64,000 bases of DNA. Source: Rhynchopus sp. YZ270_cl-10. Taxonomy: Eukaryota. The position numbers and the translations under genes are program-made. The first letter of the stretch is position 1; the number at the start of each line of letters is the position of its first letter. Location of the stretch: NCBI GenBank assembly GCA_964035575.1, contig OZ037837.1, forward strand, positions 558,001-622,000, written 5' to 3'. Shown here in pieces: positions 34,801-46,442 of the stretch. Under the pieces are notes generated by a model, which worked only from the letters and a program-made list of their open reading frames with translations, was not told where the DNA came from and searched no databases.

Positions 34801-36191
34801 ATAGATGTTGCCCATGTTGCAGGCCTTTGGGAAGGTGGGGTTCGTTGGGTCGCTGTCATTCATGAGGTACAGTTGGCCGCCTTGGAAGAGGAGGGTTGGG
34901 AGGCTGCGGTCTTGGTGATCACGTACGTAGTCGTGAGATACTAAGGGGATGACCGTGGACGTGATGTTCGTGATGGGGTAAGGTGCGAGAGGTGTCATCG
35001 ACTGCGGCGGTGTTGTAGGCTCTGCCGTGGGGCTGGCTGTCGGTGAGGTAGTTGCGTGGTGTGTTGGTGGTGTAGCAGGTGCTGACGTGGCAGGCACAGC
35101 GGTGACAGGTGTCTGTGTTGGTGGTGTACCTGTTGCCGGCACGTAGAACTGCCAGGAGAATTGTGAGGCTTGCTCAGACACGACGAAGATCTGCTTGCCC
35201 TTCGCACAAGGCACATCCATCCAGATGCCGAAGTTCTTGTTGCTTGCGGAAAACCCGTAAAACGCCGTCTCAGCGCCTGTGTGGTCGTGGATCGTGACAA
35301 AGCCTGGCTCGTAGTCCTTCAGAAAAAACCTCATCTTCCCGTACTCTGTGCATGTGATAACACCTGCGTATGTCTCTGCACTGGATGAGAGCTCACCGTT
35401 CATGCCCCACGTCGTGTCGACACCATCGTAGCTGCCTGCAGCGATGTGCTGTGTGACTGCGTCTGGCGACAGTGCAGGTGTCAGCAGTTCGGGCACGCCA
35501 TTGTTCGGGACAAACGTTAATCCCACGGACATGGTGGAGATAAAGATATCCTGAACACTCCCTGTCAGCTTCACACACAGGTCGTCACCACTCTCCCACG
35601 CAGTACGGTTAAACGGCACACCCGTCACCTCCACAGTCATCCATTCCCATGCCACGATGTTCACATCCTCCGAGAACAGTGTTGGTGTATTCGACCCACA
35701 CCCCTGTGTGATGGACAGCGTCACATTGGCATCTTCTTGAGCCCAGATGGTCAGACTGGCGATAGACACAACGTAGTTGTCCATCACATCACCCTCAAGC
35801 AGGCTGATGGCAGAGCCCACACCAGCAGAAAGACCTCCAGACCTGTGGTGGTGTTGTGTGTGGCACTATGTTCCTCATTCCAAGTACACAAAGATGCGTA
35901 ATACTGTGCTTCACTCTGTGTGCAAATGTGGCAAAAGGTTCACAACCCTCTGGTTGTTGTATTTCCTCTTCCTCGACACGATGTGTTTTACTACAAAAGA
36001 TGTTAAAGCGCACAGATCTGTGTTTTGCATCTTGACATTGTTCTGAAGTGGAAGAGGGCCACATACCCGACTGTGACACGCGCCTGTGTCCTCTGCATCT
36101 CGTGCACCGTGCTGGCCAGTGAAGCCTCTGCCAGAAGAGACAGCAGCACAAAGGCTGTGGTGTGCTTCCCCCGCCGACATGTTGTTGACAT
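31879..36191 (-). CDS. Large type I membrane/surface protein (~1317 aa): signal peptide, repeated beta-rich domains, LVIVD-like propeller, two P/T mucin-like linkers, TM helix; exons 36191-36067, 35842-33689, 33631-32846, 32767-31879
   Basis: MSTTCRRGKHTTAFVLLSLLAEASLAS signal; three GTATGT...AG introns (224, 57 and 78 nt) keep one frame (3954 nt); IYNISDFMNPVL and WDLSDLRNPQVV; TM VFVWVIVGCCAVVVAGIIFLA followed by RTRK. Confidence 0.85.
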
Positions 36192-36683
36192 TGTGGTACC
36201 TGGGTGGTGTGGTGTGGTCGTGTGGGCATGAACATCCTTGGTCATATGGGTACAGCGCGGACGGATTCCAAAAACCCCACACACTAGCTTCGCCAGGTCT
36301 TTCGCGCGCGAAGCGCGCCGGGGGGGTATTTCCCTTTTTTTGGGGGTAGTACCCAGGTGCCCCCCAAAAAAAAACCCCCCCCAGAAACCGGGGGTCCTAC
36401 ACTCACTCACATCAGAATTTTTTGCTACTCAAAATCTCAATTTCCCATACAAAAATGCTCGCATCCAGAAGGAAAACGCTCGAAGGAAAAAGGAAGCATG
36501 CATCATGGCGAAAGAAAAAGTATCGTACCGTGCGCCTGCGGCGCAATATTACTATCTCTTTGCTATAGTTTGGCTGTAAATGTGCGATTTAAGCGTGATT
36601 TTTGAAATGTTGCGTACCGTGGCTTCTGTCCTGGAGTGGATAGAAAAACTACCAGAACAAATATCCTTCAGAACAAACGGTCT

Positions 36684-37742
36684 CTACAGGACGAGAAACT
36701 CTGTTGAAAGCGCCGAGCCAAGAATGAACACCTTGGTGGAACATGACGACACGGCAATGCCACGAAAGGCCCCATGCGAGCCCGACCGCTTCACTACATC
36801 TCTTGTGGCCACGTCGACCTGGACAATATCCCAGTCCCCACCGCACACGAGACACCTGCCACATGGACTGAAGGCCAACGCTCCGGACGGCAGAGACTCG
36901 GGTATGGCCTCGAAGCGATCTTCACCTCTGCGCATTATAAGTACAACAGCAATGCCTGCCACTGCCACCTTGTGTCCACAAGGCGACAGGGCGATAGCGG
37001 TTATGGGAACAATAGAGTCCGCACTCCAGAGCTTTGTGTTCGGCTCGACCTCGTACACAACACACTCATAGGTTGTGCACAGTGCGAGGTACTTCCCGTT
37101 AGGCGAGGAGGACACACCGCTGCACTCACCCTCTACGGTAAACTGCCGTGTCAGCTGCAGGTCGTCCAGCGTGTACAGGTTCACACCGTTTAGATGCCGT
37201 GATACCAGGTATTTTTCGTTCGTGGTGACCTCGAGAGACGTCTCGTGGGTGCGGTTGCGCACTTTCCCATTCATATCTACCTGTGTAAGGCCGCAGATGC
37301 CTTCTGAGAAGTATGCCCATTGCGCGAATGGTGAGAGAGCGATGGAACGGCGTTTGCAGTTTGGGTTGAGGACTCTGACAGTCTCGAAGGTCTCTGTGTT
37401 GATGAGGTGCACGCCGTTGTTGAGAGGCAGCATGCAGACACCACCGTCGGCAGAGATCGCAAAGGTCCGACACGGCCCCCCGAGCGGGTACTGATGCGGG
37501 CAGAGCACGTTCACCTCCCGTTGACACAGATACACTTCGCCATCGAACGGCGTATCCCTCAAGGCACTCTTATCATCCAAAGCCACCTTCTCCCCTTCTG
37601 TACACACACAAACCTGCAGTGTCCTGCTCTGGACGTTGAACGCCTCGCACGCAACCTCCTTCACAGCACCGACAGTAGCATCGCAGGGGGTCTCCACCAT
37701 CTGAGAAGCACCCGTCGCGTCCAGAATGCAATGGACATCCAT
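36684..37742 (-). CDS. Divergent UBL + WD40 protein (352 aa)
   Basis: MDVHCILDATGASQMVETPCDATVGAVKEVACEAF...LDDKSALRDT (UBL), then ALSPCG / AFSPCG / AVSSCS blades. Confidence 0.8.
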   Translation of the reverse strand: MDVHCILDATGASQMVETPCDATVGAVKEVACEAFNVQSRTLQVCVCTEGEKVALDDKSALRDTPFDGEVYLCQREVNVLCPHQYPLGGPCRTFAISADGGVCMLPLNNGVHLINTETFETVRVLNPNCKRRSIALSPFAQWAYFSEGICGLTQVDMNGKVRNRTHETSLEVTTNEKYLVSRHLNGVNLYTLDDLQLTRQFTVEGECSGVSSSPNGKYLALCTTYECVVYEVEPNTKLWSADSIVPITAIALSPCGHKVAVAGIAVVLIMRRGEDRFEAIPESLPSGALAFSPCGRCLVCGGDWDIVQVDVATRDVVKRSGSHGAFRGIAVSSCSTKVFILGSALSTEFLVL

Positions 37743-39151
37743 CAGTGCAGAATGGCGCTGTGATGTGATGTGGATGTGTGATATGGGGAAATTGATAATG
37801 AGGAGAGAAAGAAGAAGAAACGAAGCATATTTTTGTCCTTTTGGTAAAGTGATAGCAGAGTGCACGCAATCAACCCCAACAGGCTAGACTTTTTTTGTCG
37901 TAACGTTTTGTATTGACGCTTTGAAAATGAAATACCCCGGGGTTTTTGAAAATAAAAGAAAGTAGAAATTTAAATCTGTTTGTGTCACAAAAGAACGCTG
38001 GAAAAAAGAAAGGTGAGAATTATTACGCATCCACTTCCCTTATGGATAAAGAAAAACAAAGACGAAAAAGGGGGTTTGGGGGGGGGGGGGGCCCCGGGGG
38101 GGGGGAGAGTTTAATTACACGGCGGGGTCCGCACACCCCGAGGGTCCGTAAAACGGCATGTTAGGAGGGTCCCTCTTTACGGAGTGTCATTACGTACCCT
38201 AGGGTACGTAATTACGTACCCTAGGGTCCGTAATTACGGAGCCTCCCAGGGAAAGGGACTCTCGAAAAATTTTTTTTGCCCCCGTTTAGGGCTAATTTCG
38301 ACGATTTGAGGCCATTAAAAGCAAAATTTGGCACTTTTGAGCATCTGTGGGGGTCTAAAACGCAGTTTAGAGTACCACAATTTTTAGTGGGTTTTACCGA
38401 AAACAAGTCAATTTTTGGTCCGAAAAAAAAATTTTTTTGACATCACAAAATTGCCCTTGGTGGGACTATGTGTGTGTTTGGTCCGTGTGTGTGGGCGAAA
38501 AATGCAAATATAGCTATTTTTAACTTTCACACACAATTTTAACGGGTTTTACCTGTGTACCTGTGTACAGCTTATTTGTTGTGAAAGACATCTTCCACCA
38601 TGCATTGAGGAGGGTAAGACAGTGTTCGCAGTTTCTACTTGATAGCATTACAACATTTAACTTCTCCACGGGGGTCTTGGGCCGTTCACTCGGTTATACC
38701 TTGACCAGCGGAAGAGGCCTTTTTGGTCTCTAGAATATCCGGTATTCCCGAACGGAGGCGCACTTTGTGTGTTACTACGACCTGGCAATTTCCAGCAGTA
38801 GGTTAAGTAATCTTTCTTGTAAATTGTTGGATCATTATCTCCTCAGTGCATGAATGCCCCACGTGACTGGACACTTTTGTGTTTGTCATGTGGAGCTGTG
38901 GTTGCTTTTTCACGACTTTTTTCCTTGTACACCAGTGTATCGTGTACCGGGGTACTGGGCCGAAAATACACCAGTACCCAGGTGCCTGGGTGCCCAGACA
39001 CACCACTGTACCCAGAATCCAGTCTCCCACCCAGAAAACCTACTCATACACCAGAAAAGTGAAAATAGCTACTCGACCAGAAAAGTAGCTGGGAAAAGTT
39101 CAGAAAAAGCCAGAAAATTTCAACAAAATGCATTTTTAGGTTCTCGAAGAC

Positions 39152-39283
39152 ACTGGGTACTGGGTACTGGGTACTGGGTACTGGGTACTGGGTACTGGGT
39201 ACTGGGTACTGGGTACTGGGTACTGGGTACTGGGTACTGGGTACTGGGTACTGGGTACTGGGTACTGGGTACTGGGTACTGGG
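39152..39283. repeat. Perfect (ACTGGGT)n heptamer array, ~19 units
   Basis: Read directly from the sequence. Confidence 0.95.
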
Positions 39284-40782
39284 CACCCAGAGAAAGCACC
39301 TTAAAAGCAGCGAAGGCGCAGGTTACGGGGAAGACAAGGTATGTAATTATGTTTAACTTTCAGTTACTAGTGAAGATTGAACAAAAAAATGCCGCATGTT
39401 TCAACTTGTTCGTGTTTTCAACTCGAAATAAACGCGTAATGTTCACACTATTAAATAGCTATTTTTTTACGCACCAATCATTTTGTGTCACCTCATGACA
39501 TGAAGGAGGAAATAGAAACAAAGCATTTTGAACACACTTGCGGTTCTGGGGACGAACCGCTCTGCAGAGCCACTCCTCAGGTCGAGGTGTGTGCGTTTCA
39601 CCACAACCTCTCCCATGGGTTTTATCGTGTGATGAGTGTTACGTTTCTATTTGGTTCCACAGGCGCTCGTTACCTGCTTCACATAATTCACCTCGCTTCA
39701 CTCGAACCATTTGTGCAGCAGGTCACTCTCTCGACCTGTAGCGTGGAAAAAATCTATCTTATTTCACGGCAATAAATAGCCTTTTTTATTAACCTCACCT
39801 TTCCCGACTACTACGTTTGTATACCATAACTTAATCACACCCCACATTTACACTTATCACAGGATCGTGAAGTCTGAACTGCACCCGCGATTGCGATGAG
39901 AAGCTTCACCGCGGTCCGACATTCAACAACTCAAAATCTACCCGCATCAATCTATTCTGAGTTTGCGGACGAAGATCTGGGTGGAGGGGGGTGGGTACAC
40001 TTAGTCAGTCACTGCTATAGCCATTAACCAAGGGAGCATAGCTAGTGCAAGAAATTCGACTTTGGAAACCTTCCGGAAAGTCTGTCCTCTGCTTGCGGAG
40101 GACTAGACACAAGAAAATATTGCGTTCCCCCAGAAAACCAGTGCACAATTTACACTCCTTGTGGGTGGTCTTGTTGCCTTTTTGGTCAACAGTAATTTTG
40201 GCCCAGGCATGCTCTTGAAGCATGACAATTTAGTGTGTATGGGGCAGGGTGTTGTTTTGTTCTGAATTCTCTTTGTTATAACATCTAAGTCAATCGCGGG
40301 TGGTGGTTTGTGTAGCGTGAGGCACTCTTTTTAGCAAACTTCCTGCGGCTGCTAAAGTGTTATTTCTTCGGATTTAACAACGTACAGCGTAACATAGTGG
40401 ATTAGCCTGGTCGACACAACCTTTGATAGCTATGGGATAACCAACCCCCTTCAACCCCTTGTGGGTTCACTGAACAAGCCCTAGTGGTAGTTAAACGCGA
40501 TTGACATTTACATTCCTAAAGATGAAAGAACAAGACAACACTTCTGTACCCGCGCATCAAAATTGTGGAAAACTTTGCACCCCAAACACCCTCAACAACG
40601 CCCGCCAAAAGGCGCCCCTTGTTGCTGGGACTTGGTTCTCATTGATACACTGCACAGCAGGCATTCCTCTGAGTCCAACGCAGTTTGGCCTGTCTGCAGC
40701 GTTGCACCGAAGGTGCACGAAGACAGGGTCTGGTGGTAAATTTTGCGTCTCGCATTCCCTAAGGGAAGTTTAAAAACTCTTG

Positions 40783-41107
40783 AGCTCGGTTTGTTGTCAA
40801 AGACATATTCCACCATGTATTGAGGAGGGTAAGACAGTGTTCGCAGTTTGTACTTGATAGCATTACAACATTTAACTTCTCCACGGGGGTCTTGGGCCGT
40901 TCACTCGGTTATACCTTGACTACCGGAAGATATTCTTGAGGCCTTTTTGGTCTCTAGAATATCCGGTCTTCCCGAACGGAGGCACACTTTGTGTGTTACT
41001 ACGACCTGGCAACTCCAGCAGTAGGTTAAGTAATCTTTCTTGTAAATTGTTGGATCATTATCTCCTCAGTGCATGGTGGAAGACGTCTTTGACAACTAAC
41101 CGAGCTC
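40783..41107. mobile_element. ~325 bp MITE with ~45 bp imperfect TIRs; truncated second copy at 38575-38851
   Basis: gagctcggtttgttgtcaaagacatattccaccatgtattgaggag ... ctcctcagtgcatggtggaagacgtctttgacaactaaccgagctc. Confidence 0.8.
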
Positions 41108-41536
41108 ACGACTTTTTTCGGTATGTAACTTGGGATAGGCCCACATGATCATGGTCTATCATGTGGTACCTGTGTACCACTCGGTTTGCTCCCAGGGCTT
41201 TTCGACCAGCAGTCACACATCCAAACAGTGATTTCCCACCTTAGACCACGTAATTACGTACCCTAGGGTCCGTAATTACGGACCCTAGGGTACGTAATTA
41301 CGGACCCTAGGGTCCGTAATTACGGACCCGGGTCCGCACTTGAGGGTCCGTAATGAGGGTCCGTAAAATTTACGGACCCTCGGGTGTGTGGACCCCGCCG
41401 TGTATTACCTACTCACAGGGTGCCATTACCATCGTTGATAGAGCACAGGTCTTGATGTAAGATGTTTGACCCACAGCCAACGCTATGACATTACGCCATC
41501 ACGAAAAACCGTGGTACCTTACAACCTGAGCTCTGG

Positions 41537-41601
41537 ATCCAACTACGAGCTTTTTAACAGCAGCAGCATTAATATACGCTATTGGTGCTGGAATTACCGC
41601 G
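41537..41601 (-). pseudogene. 18S rRNA fragment (530-loop-equivalent region leading into V4)
   Basis: Reverse complement CGCGGTAATTCCAGCACCAATAGCGTATATTAATGCTGCTGCTGTTAAAAAGCTCGTAGTTGGAT. Confidence 0.9.
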
Positions 41602-42984
41602 AACGTATCCCCACACTCAGTCACATATCATCCAAAATCTCGCTAGCCGTATACTTTTTCATATTTTTCACTCAGAAATGTGAGATGCATATTTTTTATC
41701 GTCCGACACCGGAATTGAACGTTTCGAAACCGCGCTTTCAAAAGAAATAAAAATCTCAAAAAAATAAAAAAAATATTTTTTCTGAAATGGCCGTGTCAGT
41801 TTTTTCTCGTTTTCTTATCGGTGACTCAAGAAATAAAGTGTCAACAAACGCCCAAAAAAATTAGCTTGTATGCATTTCCGGACTCCGCCCAATAAAATAA
41901 AAAAAAAATCGAAAACTTTAGTGGAGTTAAAGTTACATAAAAACCAGACCATGGCTTTAGGTACTAATACAAGGCAAATTGCTTAGCAAAACGGGCCGAG
42001 TTCCACACAAAATACTAGTGACAGTCAAAAAATTTTCGCGAGACGAAACCGGCGTTATTTGAATGATATTATGAACCCTCGTTCCAAAGAAAAAAAAATC
42101 GAAAACTTTCTTGAAGTTGCGTCAAGGTGAAACATCTTGGTCATTAGAAGGAAAACCCGGGAAATCCTTAAGGAAATGGGTGTGGTAAGGGAAACCTTAA
42201 GGAACCTACTGAAAACCGCCCCCCTCACGATTTTTCTTCAGAATACCACAGGTGCGTAAAAAAAATCGTCCGACCCCGGAATTGAACGCTTTTACACCCG
42301 ATATTTCAAAATAAATAAAAATCGAAAAAAAAAATTGGGCTAATAATTTCCAGGATGTTTGCGGGCACGCCCGCAAGCGTTTGCGACACCGAGGGTGTAA
42401 TTTTCCCCCCCGAAAATGCGCTTGTATGAATTTCCGGAGCGATCTGAAAAAATTCCGGGGTCGGACAATTTTTTTAGCGAAAAATGGATAACCTAAAAAC
42501 CAGACCAAAATCGGGCTTTTCTATACGGCTGGGCAGATTTTGGATGATATGCTTTTTTTATTTTTTATTTTTTTGATAAATTGTTGGAGTAGTGTAGTTG
42601 CCTCGGTTGTGTTGCCACAGTTGTGCAATCTCCACTGTTTTTGAAAATCACCAAACGCTGCACAACAATGAACGAAAAATTGACAATTGTCCTGATGTGT
42701 ATGTAATGTGTGTTTATTCAGCACATTTTTTTTATGAAACAAAGAAACGTTTGTCGAGACGAACCTAAGCCTCCGTGCATCAGTATTTCCACACACCCAG
42801 CCAACCCTCTCAAATCCTCCCAATTGTATCTTATCCAACTCATCCCAACAAACCCCACCACCTCACTCTGTCACTCCCTCCCAAAAAGACAAACCCCCTT
42901 TTGTGGTTCACTCCTTCTTTTCTTCCCTTCCCACCCTTTTTGCTAGTGTCGTCGTTCTCAACAGCAGCAACAGCAATGGTGTTA

Positions 42985-44463
42985 TCAGGCGATGGCGCAG
43001 TCTTTCCTTGTGTGTTCAGGAAGACTCGTGAGTACAGCATTGCTGCACTTCTCCCTTCCACGCAAGGTCTTTAATGCTGGGCACTCATCCAAGAACCCGC
43101 GTCCGATCTTGGTGACACCTTGCAATCCACTCAGATCAACTGTCTTCAATGATGTGCACCTGCGGAAGAACCCGTTCCCAATCGAGGTGACAGCTTGTAA
43201 TGCACTCAGATCGACAGTCGTCAATGATGTGCACTCGTAGAGGAACCCGTTCCCAACCTTGGTGACAGCTTGTAATCCACTCAAATCAACTGTTGACAAT
43301 GATGTGCACTGAAAGAGGAACCCGTGACCAATCGAGGTGACACCTTGTAATCCAGTCAGATCAACAGTCTTCAATGATGTGCAGCCATTAAGAAAGTCAT
43401 TCCCAATCGCAACCAAAGCAGATGCGTAACTGATGTCAATGCACGTCACCGTATTTTTTGAGAAGAAGTCGTCTGGAATCGCAGTCGCAGCTCCCGCCTG
43501 GAGGAGCAAGCAAGCCAGCTTCGGATCACTGCGTTGATCAGTCACCTGCTTCAACCTTTCCGATGTAAGTGTCATCTCACCCAACGCACGAAGTGCAACA
43601 ATGGCATCCTGCACACTCACCTGCACAACAAGCGCCCACTTCTGTGTTAGGGCATCGTGCACGTTCGAAACAGGCAGCTTCAGGGAAAACGTTGTGTGTG
43701 GGTCTGCAGCACCCACAAGGCGGTGGCGGTCTCCACTCGCTGCCATGCTGTTGATGTTCCGCACAACGGCCTGCGACTCTGTGACCGCACGCAACACCTG
43801 GTCGTCCCCAAGCTGGCACACCGCCTCGCACTCAGCAATCATGTGTCCTGCCTTCGCAACAAACGTCTTCAGTGCACACACCTCCCCTTCACGACTGAGT
43901 GCCTGTGTGAGGAAGCTCCGTGCCACCTCCTCCTCACACACGACTTCGCTGCGCGACACATCCTCACGCATCACGAGGTGTCCGACGCGTGTCTGCAGGA
44001 GAAGGTCTTTGTACTTGTCCTCTGTGTGTGGGAGTGCCTCAAGCGCACGGCACTTCTCCTCTGCAGCAGTCCGCTGTGCTGTCAGGTCTGCCACGTGTGA
44101 GTGGAGGGTTTCACGCTGGCGTTTTATGTAGTCCGTGATGTCAACTGTCTCATGTGCGGCATGTGTTTCGCACTTGTCACAGCGCATGCAGATCAACGCG
44201 TCTCCACACGCAGGGTGCACACAAATGAGGCACAGCTCTTGGCCTGGGTGATGTGCACACTTCGACGACGTCCCGTACGGAGTCACAGAAGCGCGATGTG
44301 CCTCGCGGTCACGTGCCCTCAAGGATGAGTGGAACACTTCGAAGCACGCAGACTTGTCGCAGAAGAACAGCTCCGTGCAGTTCCCACACTGCAGCTGTGC
44401 AGGCACGTCACAGTTCTCACAGTTGGGCCTCAGTGGTGCGGTGGGCTGCGTGTCACACCCCAT
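42985..44463 (-). CDS. TRIM-like protein without a RING: B-box1, B-box2, coiled coil, helical cap, 24-aa LRRs (492 aa)
   Basis: CENC..CGNC..FFCDKSACFEVFH..H; CAHHPGQELCLIC..C..LICMRC..H..H; coiled coil; LxTVDLSGLQxVTxIGxGFLxxCTS repeats. Confidence 0.85.
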   Translation of the reverse strand: MGCDTQPTAPLRPNCENCDVPAQLQCGNCTELFFCDKSACFEVFHSSLRARDREAHRASVTPYGTSSKCAHHPGQELCLICVHPACGDALICMRCDKCETHAAHETVDITDYIKRQRETLHSHVADLTAQRTAAEEKCRALEALPHTEDKYKDLLLQTRVGHLVMREDVSRSEVVCEEEVARSFLTQALSREGEVCALKTFVAKAGHMIAECEAVCQLGDDQVLRAVTESQAVVRNINSMAASGDRHRLVGAADPHTTFSLKLPVSNVHDALTQKWALVVQVSVQDAIVALRALGEMTLTSERLKQVTDQRSDPKLACLLLQAGAATAIPDDFFSKNTVTCIDISYASALVAIGNDFLNGCTSLKTVDLTGLQGVTSIGHGFLFQCTSLSTVDLSGLQAVTKVGNGFLYECTSLTTVDLSALQAVTSIGNGFFRRCTSLKTVDLSGLQGVTKIGRGFLDECPALKTLRGREKCSNAVLTSLPEHTRKDCAIA

Positions 44464-46442
44464 GTTGTGTGTTTCGAAGAGGTGGGAGGGTGCAGGGGTG
44501 TCTGGAAGGGGTTGGGTGGGTGGCATGGGATGGAAACAGAGTGGAGAAAAAAACACAAACAAATGTCAGGAGTGAGAGGCTGTGTGGGGAATCGTTGTTA
44601 AAGCTTCTGCACCACTCGTCACCGAAGCAGAACACACTGAAGAGTATTGTATTGAAATGATTTTGACGCATATCGTCCTGAACTCAAGAAGTAGCTTTTA
44701 TTGTAATATTTTAGGCGGTCGAAAGTGGAATCTGACCCCATGTCCAGGCTATGGAAATGACCAATGAAGCCATTGCAGTAGGAATTTTGCACTCATTTTG
44801 ACCATCAGACGTAAAGTACTGCCTATTTTCCACACAAAACCCTATAATTGACACGTCCATTTTTAGGTCAAAAATACTCCATTTCTCAGCGCAAAGTGAC
44901 CCCATCACAGCACAGGATCCGGAGCACCGAAACAAAGAAAAACTTTCTTGTGGATTTTTTTGGTTGCAAAAATTGATGGGAAATTATTTTTTTGGTTACT
45001 GTGACCAAAATTTGGGACACCGTAGAGTATTTAACAAACAGAGGAACAACGGGACACATCACACTTACCATGTACAGATGCAGCGCGAAACATGTACAGG
45101 GAGAGGAGGGGGCGGGAAGCAAAAAAAAAAGTCGAAACTCGCTTCCTGGCGGACGGTCAGTATTTGACCAGAAGGCAGTCGCAGAGCACGAAAGAGAGGG
45201 GGAAACAAGCAGGGGGAGGGGATACACAGATGCGCAAATTTTCATGAGGGTCGAGCATTTTTGTCAAATACGATACGGATACTAGAAAGAAATTGAAGAG
45301 AAGAAATACGATGACTCATCTGAACATACGTATGGTACGCAGGGACAGAAAAGGTTTGAAACAAACAATGTTCACTCCATGAAAGCAAAACAGGGAAGCA
45401 GGAATACTTCCCTGCAGTAGTGTAGGATGCCACTACGATACAAACACACCACCTGGCTGGTCTCTGCTGCTTCCCCTGCTGACCACGAGAACAACATTTT
45501 ATTATACTGAGTCGTCAGAATGCAAATGGCTAATAGCTGACAGTGATCAGAAAAAGAAGAAAGCAAAAAAAAAAGTGAAGTTATTAATGCAGGCACCTCC
45601 GACTGACCCACGTACGATGCCAGCCATCCGGATGAAAGCACAAGTACCCTGCGGCCAACAACAGAAGATGTAAAAAGGAAACCTAATGACTGGCCCGTAC
45701 CGTAAGAGAACGAGGGCGGTTCACAACCGCTCGACAGCCGGCGGCCCACCTTCCGTTGAAGAGTTGTGAGCTTACAGGTACTGCAGTTCGCTGCACCCAA
45801 CGCTTGATGCACGATAGTCTACACAAGAGAGCAGAAACCCAAAAACACAAAAAGGGGTGGGCGGGGGGGTCACAACATCTCTCTCTTGGCGCCCCATGCT
45901 GTACCGACAGTTGGGCCTCACCCTTTCTCTTAGGGATATACATGGACGTCCTTACAGGCAGCACACCGTAACCCAAAGGCGTGGCAGAGAGACTCCGTAG
46001 AGCGACTCTGGCCTGACCGCTGGCCATTTATGCTCCGGGTGCGAGCACCCATCATAGCATAGGGGGGCCAGCCTGACCCAGCATTTATATACCCTCCCAG
46101 GGTGAACTTGCATAAAAGAGGGCAGGGGCGTTTAGACCCTGAGGACTAGGGGAAGTCCCGCATACCCCAACAGAAAGACAAAGGCTATGCACTGGTGATA
46201 TAGGAGAGGCAGGGTTGCTGAAAAACAAAAAGACCCTGAAGGCACAAAAACGCCCCGCATACCCCTCCTCGCCTCCTGTTTTGTAATCTCTCAGGTAGGA
46301 GACATCGGTTCGAGCGGTCAACACCTTCATAGAGTTTCTGGAGGAACGGACCCCCGGATGCAATTTAAGGTCCAGCCCAGGACCAAAAAAAAAAAGGGGC
46401 ATAAATTTGCGATGTGGTCTGTCCGCGATGGTGTGAACAGTA

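Larger units (their letters stand above)
38118..41402. mobile_element. Non-autonomous TIR element (~35 bp TIRs, TA duplication) with palindromic subterminal repeats and nested MITEs
   Basis: ta|cacggcggggtccgcacaccccgagggtccgtaaa ... tttacggaccctcgggtgtgtggaccccgccgtg|ta; attacgtaccctagggtacgtaat-type motifs near both ends. Confidence 0.85.

Noticed and set aside
38854..39498. ORF with WVLGTGY repeats
   Set aside because: Translation of the heptamer microsatellite
41695..42330. ~65 bp direct repeats as LTRs
   Set aside because: Diverged, lacking TG..CA ends, PBS and coding interior; more likely internal repeats of an AT-rich element
46136..46190. Hammerhead ribozyme (CTGAGGA...GAAA)
   Set aside because: Stem II does not close next to GAAA and stems I and III cannot be formed
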